Positions 12,501 to 23,092 of a stretch of DNA of 64,000 nucleotides are shown here, in pieces (position 1 is the stretch's first letter; each line of letters begins with the position of its first letter). The DNA lies in contig NMRA01000024.1 of the NCBI GenBank assembly GCA_002633005.1, forward strand, positions 699,803 through 763,802, read 5' to 3'. The DNA comes from Phoronis australis. Taxonomy: Eukaryota > Animalia > Phoronida. The notes under the pieces were generated by a model that was not told the origin of the DNA, searched no databases, and was given only the letters and a program-made list of their open reading frames with translations. The position numbers and the translations under genes are program-made.

Positions 12501-13448
12501 TTTGAATGGGACTGACGATTTGCTTCAGATCAAGCTTGTACAATTTAGAGTCATGACGGGATCCAAAATTTCATGACAGCTTGGACTGAAAAAAATAGTG
12601 AACTGTTAGCACTTCCTGAGCTGTGACACCCCCTCTAAACTAAGTTTGGTATAGTGGTAGGTGACCTGAATTAAAATTTGTATAGAAAGCATGGATATAA
12701 TGTTGATATAACACTTACCATATAAAATACGATGTGACCAACGGGGAAGCACTTGTTTTTACACGAAATGTCTATTGATGTTCAAGTGTTACTGATACAA
12801 CTGTTGCTTATGTGTTTTATTTGGATTTAATTTAAATCTCAGACTGGTGTAATTTTAGCAGAATGTTGTAATTAGGAGTAATGTTAAGGGTTTTGTATTT
12901 TTGTGTATGCACTACCAAGTTTGGTTAAAATACCTCCTATTAATGTGATTGGATTTCTGTAAGCAACTGGTGGTCCTGGTACTTCACTGGACTAGAGCAT
13001 CTGCACGGTCACCTGAAAGAACTGGGATCAAGCTCCCGTTGGGAATTATCTTTTTGGGCTTAACTATAGGCCTACATATGCTGTGTAAGGAGTGTAATAA
13101 TTCTTACTTACAATGTTTACTGTTGTATATATCAATCCTGTGTCATTTGAAACACAGTCTTTAGTGATGAATCTGCGCCAGTATGGGTGTAACCTAATTT
13201 CTTATTTTAGGTTGATCTTGGGTTGGCATGAATCTTGATTTTCTTGGAACAAGTTTTGTAGTAATGAGTTAGAAGCTCACTAGGTGGTGCTACTTAAGTA
13301 ATGGTCATAGGCTAGACCAAAATCCTGGTACCCATGTTTTAGAGCTTTGTTAAAAATAGATCCTAACGAAGTGTCTTAGCAGAGCAAACAACCTTCCCTG
13401 TTAAAAGGAAAATCTGAAATGGGAAAAACATACCTTTCATAGTAATCA
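8785..13448. repeat. Near-identical duplicated block (8785-11116 vs 11118-13448), probable uncollapsed haplotype
   Basis: The two copies are joined by a single N at 11117 and differ by scattered SNPs and indels. The second copy starts mid-exon 5 of SDF2. Confidence 0.85.
11738..11906 (+). CDS. SDF2: Second (probably allelic) copy of the SDF2 terminal exon
   Basis: Same peptide ending in DIHDEL*; the only visible coding difference is synonymous (GAT vs GAC). Confidence 0.6.
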
Positions 13449-14529
13449 TGCATACCAAGGTTTTTGGCCATGGTCACCTCCCGTCTGAACTTTTGTTAGC
13501 GCCACCTGGTGTACACAGAATTTCTCGTGTTTGGACAATTATCACTTTTCATTACATTTTATAACACAGTTCATTACATTATGTGTATTTCATTCCCCAA
13601 AGTTTTTCACCTAACATGTAATTGTTTCTAAAATATTTGGAATTATATAATTTGTTGTTACAATTTCTTGATTTATTTCAGTAGTGTGTTGGCATTTTTG
13701 TGTCAACAGAAATTTCATTCACACAGTTAGTGAGAAAACTTATTGGCAAAAGCAAATTAAAAGGCATCTGTTTTGCCTTGGTTTCAACATGCATTGATTT
13801 GTTTTGAAGCGAATAATTAATTGCCCAGACTAGAAAAAAATGTTAAATCTTTCTTCCTGCGTTATTCTAGTCATCCAGTGAGAAAAACGAGTTGTTTTGC
13901 ATACAGCTGTTCTGCACTTAAATGTGATTCCTGGATGCAGGATTGGCCTTTGGTTTTTAAGGCAGCTCTGCATAGGGGTACTCTGGTCATTTTTTCCGTG
14001 GGCTTACTTGCGATCGTGGCAAAGAGAATCGGAACATCTGGGAGGCTAATTCTATTTTGGGAGTATGCTAAGCAGCACGTATAGAGGGGAGCTGTGTTTA
14101 GATTGATTTGAATTGAAGAGGATTCTGGTTTATTTTAAAGCAAAGCTACTGTAAAAGGAATTTTAACATAAGATAGTGTAGGGAAATATTTTCTCGCTTG
14201 ACGCGGTTTCAAATAAAATTCGCTACAAAAATCTAAAGACACGAAACTGTAGTGTACGAAGTTTTTTTAGGTAATTAATGGCATAAGCGGATTTAGGGGG
14301 GCCAAGGGGTCCGCCCCCCTCTTGGCGGCAGCGTGAAGAAATTCATATCGAGTGCACTTGGAACGGCAGCGGGGACGCCCCGAGCTTTTTTTTGTCCTCT
14401 GGTAGAATTTGGGCACACTAGGGTCCACGTCGCCGTCCCCCGCAACTTTAAAGGTGGTCTGGAGTAAGTAGGAACTGCACGTTCTTTCTAAGTGTAGAAG
14501 TCACTTTCTTTTTGCGTCTAGGTTGAGAC

Positions 14530-14881
14530 CAGTGTTGTAACGGCTAGTGGTCGTAAACTCGCGGGTTAAAGCCCATAACCCGGGTAATCATCCATCTCCG
14601 ACTTTTTGTCAGTTTTAGGTTTAAGCGCCCACTTCTTGAGTAATCAGTCACCCACCCTCTGTCTCGTTTTTTTTCAGTTTAAGCGCCCAGGGCCCAGTCC
14701 TGTAATAGTAAAATTTGAGGTAAGTAAGCGCCCAAAGCCCACCGTATCACATTGACCACTGAACGTAACTGACCGTGCGTACTAGGCGCTACGTTCAAAT
14801 GCAAAAAGGTGGTTGGCTACGCCTACGTGCGCCTACGCCCCATTACAACACTGTCAGGCCCTCAACTTGCGAGTTTACGGC
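14530..14881. mobile_element. MITE with CAGTGTTGTAA...TTACAACACTG inverted ends and a second, interleaved inverted-repeat pair
   Basis: Inverted repeats at 14530-14540/14843-14853 and 14550-14574/14858-14881, plus three internal TAAGCGCCCA motifs. A degenerate relative of the right half lies at ~36815-36911. Confidence 0.55.
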
Positions 14882-15592
14882 AGTTTCTTTGACTGAAATC
14901 GGGACCAGATGCTGATTCAGTTTATATTATTTTGCATTTAATATCAACTAACTCCAAATTACGGTGAAAGCTGTATTGCACCCTGATCTCGCCTTCTGTC
15001 CTTGCTGTGGTTGTTGTGGACGTGGACCGAGGGCAGGACCTGGTAGGCCGGTGGTAGTAGAGGTGGTGTGCTTGATCTTCTTCTGGAGACGAGACGCTGG
15101 CTGGATGGCAACAGCGTTATTGACATCGTAGGTCAGCCAAGATCATCGAAACCATCAGCTACTTATAAAAATGGGGTTGTCATAAAATCCGGGAATTTGA
15201 AAATGCAGCATCTCGATGTAGCCTACGCATTACCTGTGACTTGAGTTGGTAACACAGATAGGGTTCCATCGTGGTAAGGAATATCAATGAGAAAAAGATG
15301 AGAGAAAAGGGTCCAAATCGATTTCCATGTTTTGTGCAGCAAAACGTTGCAAAATGCAGTAACACAAATGTGCTAACGTTGTAAGAAAATAGGTAATCTT
15401 TGTTTTGAGATATTTTATAGTACAAACGGTTAATATTTTCTTGTGATTTGTAGATCCTTCAAAATAAATCAAGTGATAACAGAAAACAATTCTTTTTGGT
15501 AGGGTGAAGTCCCTAACGATCGAATACAATATGATTTGCATTCAATTCTCGATGTTAAAGTTTCGACTTCGTTGAATTTTCAGGCAACTCGC

Positions 15593-18500
15593 TCAGCATC
15601 TTCCTTTGTGCTTGATAGAGACAACTTTCTCGCCTTCCTGACGTCTTTTGCAGTTAGACGCCCTCAAATAGCAAGAATTGCCTAAAATAGGAAACACAGA
15701 AATGTTACTAGAGTTTCTAAATGGGCACCTGAACAGAGCTGCACCCGTTTGCATTAGTTGAGCCCCTCGAACTCAGTGATTTCGCGCAGTCGGTCTCGCC
15801 ACCTGGTGACTGTTTTTCAAATTCTAACTTGCATTCGTTCTTCTCTTCAGTCAGGCTTTGAGTGGAGAGTGGTAAAAAATATAGGACGTCATTTATGACG
15901 GAAGGAGAATTCATGGCGAATGAAAACAATGATTAATTTGCCTGCAGAGACAATGATTGGTTTTCTAAAAGTGCGAAAAAGATTTGGACAGCACTTTTTT
16001 CTATATCCACTACCATTTCCCATGATTTCGTCCCAAGCTGTCGGGATCGGCAGGGAGTTTGACCAATGTTTAGATTTAATTTGATTAAGGTTTAATTTAA
16101 TTGGAATTTAAAACAAAAATAGTCCTTACGATTTACATACTTTTGGCATTTTTAATCATTTTGTAGACGCCGGAAGCCATTTGTCTTATTTTCCGACATG
16201 TTTTGCTCAATATTGTGACATCCCAAAATTTTGCCTTCTTTTTCTTCGTGTTTTTCTAAAGATATTAATTCTGCGTGCGCGCGTGGCCACGTTAGACATT
16301 TCCTTTATTTACCCTCAAAGTTTGTTTACTTGAAATGGGGATAGGATTTTAAATATCCAAACCAATAAATATTGATCAATACCTTTATAAAAGAAAATTA
16401 TACCATTGACCCTGTACCACCTTCATTCCAGTGCCTCGATATAGACGACATGCCGTCAAATAACGAACCCATGATGTTTGAATATGGACAATAATTATGC
16501 GTTTCTTATATAGTAATGATACATGATTAGATTCTAACTACAGTATTCATTTTAATGTATATATGTATCAGTTTTGAGCTTTTTTCTGATTGGATACTGA
16601 TGTTGTCTTAATCGACGAGAAACGTGACCATTTGGTTCGTCCGAATTTCCTCGCTACATATTTATTACAATGCTTGTTTTCGAACTGTACTATCCAAATT
16701 GTATTTAAGATGATAACTAAGTCATCATCTGTTATCTCTCTCTATCTCTTAAAATGGCAGTACTCACTGTACGTTTTTCCGTCGGACCCACAAACGGGTA
16801 ACACCACGTGCAGACAGGCAAAGTTGCAGCTGATGGCCCTCTTAGTTTCATCTGTAGATTTGCATCGACCTTCGTAAGCCACTGCAGGAACTGCTCTTCC
16901 TCTTACTTTGGCGATGCACTTCTGAACTTCGAACTGGCACTGATTGCCTAGAATTCATTTACCGAGTTGGATAGTCCTTTTAGTCAGAATAGTGCTTGCA
17001 TTGGCTACTGCATTGTATTGATTAGGTGCACTCTATTTGTAACACATACCGTAGAGAGATTGGAACACAAAAAACTACTGACACGCCGCATCTATCTTCC
17101 TTGAAAGTGTCGTCAAGTCAGTTGTTGACGTTTTTTTGATCTTAAATGGACAGATACAAGATGAGTAAGAAGGAATGAGATTCTGGTCAGCTAATTTTGT
17201 CATTATTTACAAATAATTTTCTTTCTTCTCTTATGACTAAGTAAATATCTATCAGGCTTAAACATTATTCACAATTAATTAACACACGTTTTAAAACCTG
17301 TTCAGCTCTATACAGGTCACTGTGTTCTTCAAATAATACACGTTTTCCCAATTTTCTTGGATTTCCACACTGATTTGCTTAAATTAATGATTTTTGAACA
17401 CCTGACAATGTGACAACATGACCACAATACCACAGCGTTCACTCTTTCAAAGTCGTGTTTATTCACAACGTTCTAAGATCTGAAGACATCCTCGGTGATC
17501 ATGTTTTCAGAATCCTTAAACTTGTCCAAGCCTTTACTAAGTGTTTTCACAGTTCCCAGTGACAGTACTTTTTAGTGAGTGGGACTGGAGGTTCGTTTAG
17601 ACGACATATTGCACAGGGATATGAAAATCACCGACTCGTGACTAGTTACGAAATACAAGTTGACTAGAAACAAAATCGTAAGTGTCGTTTCTACACAATT
17701 TGCTTGTGATGACGTTGAAGTGAATGGTAAATGACTATTTTTCATTGTTTTCAGGGCAATTAATTGGTATTTTCCGGTGTTAACAGTACTTCTATATTCG
17801 TCTTAGCGTTGGTTTTGGGCAGCCAGTTTACACTAGATAAGGGCGAAGTCAGTGACGAAATGCTATCACAACGAACACCCTGAAAACGAATAGTATAGAC
17901 CACAGACATCGCTTATTAAGATGTCTATGGTATAGACTTTGGGGATTCTGAAAATGCGTGAGTCGTCACAGGCTACATTAAAGAGTGTCTTCAGTGTTTA
18001 GATTACAACCTCTATGTTGACCTACCGTGCGTTTGACCAAGAGTGTCGCAGACTGGTTGATAAATCATAAAGCACCCCTTGAAGCACTGGTCGACAGATG
18101 GCGTAGTAAGCGGGGCTGCGAGGCAGCAGACAGCGAATCCTGATAAGCATTATATTAGGCTTGACTTCAAGACATCAAGAGTATGTCATCTGTTTTAATT
18201 AAGATTATGCAGGATCTTGACGACAAGTCTTTGTATTAAGATCAACAATATGTCATCTTATATAATTAAGACTTTGTAAGACCTTGTCGACAAGTGCATG
18301 TATTAAGATCAACAATATGTCATCTAATATAATTAAGACTTTGTAAGACCTTGTCGACAAGTGCATGTATTAAGATCAACAATATGTCATCTTAATTAAT
18401 TAGGCTATCATAAATGTAAGATATTGTCGGCAAGTCTATATGTATTTAGCCAAATATCGGCAAAACTGTATACATACTGTATTCAAAACTACATATTTTC

Positions 18501-19484
18501 TGAAAATCGAAAGCCTGCAGACTTTGATTTTGACTTTTCACCAATGTGCCTTTTGATTATGACTTCCTAGTTAAATTTAGCAAAAAGAATGATACATTAA
18601 TAGCAAAATAACGGCATCAAAAATAAAACCAAATTTCATTTGATACAAATGTTCAAGGTAAAATATAAAAAATACACTGTTACAGTTCTCCAAATTGTCG
18701 TTTCTTTTTCGTTTTACGCAACTTTTGATTTTTCGCCGGAAAATCCTACTTTTGATAGCCCATCATGCAAAAAGGAAACATTTCAAAAAGAATTCCAAAT
18801 TGCATTCTGGGTAATAGTGAATAAAGCAAGCTGTATGAATGTTAATCTCATCAGTGCAACTACGAATTATGATGCTCTATGGTGCTACGACAATCTTGTC
18901 TCTTCGAAATTGATACCGGAATTTTTGTAGAATTTCGTTTCCTACTTCCTTCACGTTTGATAACGAAATTCTAGCAAAAATCATTCATAAAATACGTTAT
19001 AAACCCTGGACTCAAAATGCAGTCAACCTGCCAATGCTTGAAAAGCCCATCAATGAAATGGAATTTTGCTCTAATCGTGTTTGATAAAGCTGACGATGAA
19101 GTTTCAATTCGAAAAAGCAGCATTGTGCACCATCAAGGGTCTGGTTCTTGAAAGACGACTTAAGACTTAAGACAGAGATTCGGCCTTACTCTCCGACACC
19201 ACAACTGTTGACTAAATGTTAAGTCAAATAATTATGAATGCTTCATAGTCTAAAAATAATTTTCAGGAATTGTCTCAGCACAAACAAATTACATGTATAT
19301 TCTCAGAGACTTTGCACTTTTGCTGACTGAAGTGAGACTTAATTAGTTCTCGAAAATGGATGTGTCGTATGAAAAATCAATTTTCTGACTTTTAAAAGTC
19401 TGAAGTCACTTTTCATGAAACACGCCCCTGAGAAAAGCGCAGTAATTAAAACTTACCAAACACAAGGCACAAATGGTTCCACAT
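15593..19484 (-). CDS. Secreted two-domain Kazal-type serine protease inhibitor (Kazal gene B), 136 aa; exons 19484-19457, 18139-18026, 16947-16768, 15681-15593
   Basis: All introns are GT-AG and phase 1. Product: MWNHLCLVFGFAVCCLAAPLTTPSVDQCFKGCFMIYQPVCDTLGQTHGNQCQFEVQKCIAKVRGRAVPAVAYEGRCKSTDETKRAISCNFACLHVVLPVCGSDGKTYSNSCYLRASNCKRRQEGEKVVSIKHKGRC*. It has a signal peptide and two C-x3-C-x7-C-x10-C-x6-C-x17-C Kazal domains. Confidence 0.9.
17893..17937. mobile_element. 29-bp minimal hAT-type insertion with an 8-bp target-site duplication
   Basis: GTATAGAC|CACAGACATCGCTTATTAAGATGTCTATG|GTATAGAC: inverted ends CA(C/T)AGACATC flanked by a perfect 8-bp direct repeat. Confidence 0.6.
18170..18445. 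repeat. 67-bp tandem repeat, about 4 copies
   Basis: TATTAAGATC recurs at 18234, 18301 and 18368; the unit contains CTTGTCGACAAG. Confidence 0.85.
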
Positions 19485-21024
19485 CGTTTATGATGACTAC
19501 TGTTCCCAGGAGTCACAAAATTGATTTTAAATGACATTTTAGTTGATAAGAAGCCCGGATCGTGGAGGGCCGTGAGAGCGACCAGCAGGTTATGAACAAC
19601 TCCCAGGGTCAAGATTCGAGGGTCCGTTAAAACACACCGAGCATTATAACCGAAAAGTTAAACGGGTATAATGCTCTGACACGAGCTTCATAGAAGTTTA
19701 TGATTTCCGCAATAAAGTCTTGCGACAAAATCGCTTAATTCGACTGTACATGCTAGGCGCACGGGTCTTACGTGCGCACATGCGGTATAAACTGACGTTG
19801 CCCACCCTGGCACGTGAAATAATTTAACGGGTGCTTGTTTTGATTTTTTAAAGTGACATTAGCGGTTTTACTGCCGAAAAACACGTCTTGGGGACTATTG
19901 TTCAATGGGAAAGACTTCTTGACCAGAGCAATAAAACAATAAAGTCCATTTTTCTGTTGTGATTCCATAACAAACCGCCAATCCTCGTCGTCGGCTGCCG
20001 GACATTTGATGAAATCAAGGACAGTGGATTTTCAAATTATAATTGCTTAAAGCCCTATCTATACTTGTCAGCAGGTGGGATTAATCCGCCGGCAAACCGT
20101 TAAGCTGTAACCATGGGAGTTCCAAGTCCGAATCCGCGAATGAAGCTAGTCTTTGACATTTCCTCGCCAATGGTGTCCCTTTACAGACGTCTATGACGTT
20201 GAAACTGAATTTATTGACAGATCAGTAAAAGTGTTAAAAGCAAACGAAGAAGATCTCAGATCAGTGGAGATTTATTAGTTCAAGATAAGTACACATAAAT
20301 TTCACAGTTCACTGTATTGTACTTCGATTTTCCGCCTCTTATAACTGGTCTGAGCAAGGTTCTTTGCCGTAAACGGTGATTTCCTCAAATCCACGTTTCT
20401 TATTCACGCAGCTTTGTACACCGAGTTCGCAGTCGTTGCCTACAAAATTTGAATGTTGCTTAGGACAACAAAGCATAGTTCGTCTCATTTCAAGACCTGT
20501 GCTCACTGACTAAACAATAATAATAATAAAAACGCCCTTCGCAGCAATTTCAGCCAAAGTCTTGTGTTTTTGAAAGGTGGGCAAAGTCACTTAAGCAAGG
20601 ATAAACAAGTTAGGCATGAATTGCCAAGCGATAAGTAAACCAAACAAAAAACAAATCTCGCATCATTTTTACTCGTCTCCGGTGGATTCTTTTATGAAAA
20701 AGTGAACAACTGAAAATACCGTAACATTGATTCGATTTTTAAAAACACACGTACCCATACCCAACTATGATTGTTGGCCTGATGTACAATTTAACAATTA
20801 CGTTGTTATGAAGCTGTAGTAACGGCAAGGAGAATTTCAGAAATGTATCGAGTACAAAGTGCTTACCAAGGTCAGCCTGACGACGGCAACTGTGATGATG
20901 AAGACAGTGATGAGAATGATGATGATGATGACGACAGGGATGTGGGTGGTGATCACGGAAATGATGATGGTGATGATGATGATGATGATGAGGGTGATGA
21001 TGATGATGATGATGATGATGATGT

Positions 21025-21072
<48 letters not shown>

Positions 21073-23047
21073 NCATAAAATACGTTATAAACCCTGGACT
21101 CAAAATGCAGTCAACCTGCCAATGCTTGAAAAGCCCATCAATGAAATGGAATTTTGCTCTAATCGTGTTTGATAAAGCTGACGATGAAGTTTCAATTCGA
21201 AAAAGCAGCATTGTGCACCATCAAGGGTCTGGTTCTTGAAAGACGACTTAAGACTTAAGACAGAGATTCGGCCTTACTCTCCGACACCACAACTGTTGAC
21301 TAAATGTTAAGTCAAATAATTATGAATGCTTCATAGTCTAAAAATAATTTTCAGGAATTGTCTCAGCACAAACAAATTACATGTATATTCTCAGAGACTT
21401 TGCACTTTTGCTGACTGAAGTGAGACTTAATTAGTTCTCGAAAATGGATGTGTCGTATGAAAAATCAATTTTCTGACTTTTAAAAGTCTGAAGTCACTTT
21501 TCATGAAACACGCCCCTGAGAAAAGCGCAGTAATTAAAACTTACCAAACACAAGGCACAAATGGTTCCACATCGTTTATGATGACTACTGTTCCCAGGAG
21601 TCACAAAATTGATTTTAAATGACATTTTAGTTGATAAGAAGCCCGGATCGTGGAGGGCCGTGAGAGCGACCAGCAGGTTATGAACAACTCCCAGGGTCAA
21701 GATTCGAGGGTCCGTTAAAATACACCGAGCATTATAACCGAAAAGTTAAACGGGTATAATGCTCTGACACGAGCTTCATAGAAGTTTATGATTTCCGCAA
21801 TAAAGTCTTGCGACAAAATCGCTTAATTCGACTGTACATGCTAGGCGCACGGGTCTTACGTGCGCACATGCGGTATAAACTGACGTTGCCCACCCTGGCA
21901 CGTGAAATAATTTAACGGGTGCTTGTTTTGATTTTTTAAAGTGACATTAGCGGTTTTACTGCCGAAAAACACGTCTTGGGGACTATTGTTTAATGGGAAA
22001 GACTTCTTGACCAGAGCAATAAAACAATAAAGTCCATTTTTCTGTTGTGATTCCATAACAAACCGCCAATTCTCGTCTTCGGCTGCCGGACATTTGATGA
22101 AATCAAGGACAGTGGATTTTCAAATTATAATTGCTTAAAGCACTATACTTGTCATCAGGTGGGATTAATCCGCCGGCAAACCGTTAAGCTGTAACCATGG
22201 GAGTTCCAAGTCCGAATCCACGAATGAAGCTAGTCTTTGACATTTCCTCGCCAATGGTGTCCCTTTATAGACGTCTATGACGTTGAAACTGAATTTATTG
22301 GCAGATCAGTAAAAGTGTTAAAAGCAAACGAAGAAGATCTCAGATCAGTGGAGTTTTATTAGTTCAAGATAAGTACACATAAACTTCACAGTTCACTGTA
22401 TAGTTCGATTTTCCGCCTCTTATAACTGGTCTGAGCAAGGTTCTTTGCCGTAAACGGTGATTTCCTCAAATCCACGTTTCTTATTCACGCAGCTTTGTAC
22501 ACCGAGTTCGCAGTCGTTGCCTACAAAATTTGAATGTTGCTTAGGACAACAAAACATAGTTCGTCTCATTTCAAGACCTGTGCTCACTGACTAAACAATA
22601 ATAATAAAAACACCCTTCGCAGCAATTTCAGCCAAAGTCTTGTGTTTTTTGAAGGGTGGGTAATGTCACGTAAGCAAGGATAAGCAAGTAAGGCATGAAT
22701 TGCCAAGCGATGAGTAAACCAAACAAAAACAAATCCCGCATCATTTTTACTCGTCTCCGATGGATTTTTTATGAAAAAGTGAACAACTAAAAATACCGTA
22801 ACAAGGATTCGATTTTCAAAAACACACGTACCCATACCCAACTATGCTTGTTGGCCTGATGTACAATTTAACAATTAAGTTGTTATGAAGCTGTAGTAAC
22901 GGCAAGGAGAGTCTCAGAAATGTATCGAGTACAAAGTGCTTACCAAGGTCAGCCTGACGACGGCAACTGTGATGATGAAGACAATGATGAGAATGATGAT
23001 GATGACGACAGGGATGTGAATGGTGATCACGGAAATGATGATGATGG

Positions 23048-23092
<45 letters not shown>
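18986..23092. repeat. Duplicated block (18986-21072 vs 21074-23092), probable haplotype pair
   Basis: Single-N junction at 21073 after a (GAT)n tract; the copies are near-identical. The block duplicates Kazal B exon 1 (21545-21572) and the Kazal A terminal exon (20339-20439 / 22420-22520). Confidence 0.85.
20893..21072. repeat. (GAT)n microsatellite (counterparts at 22970-23092 and a GAT/GGT tract at 24163-24260)
   Basis: Visible trinucleotide runs. Confidence 0.95.

Noticed and set aside
18170-18445. Regularly spaced repeats as a possible CRISPR array (also 51050-51550)
   Set aside because: The whole units repeat with no unique spacers, there are no cas genes, and the context is eukaryotic.
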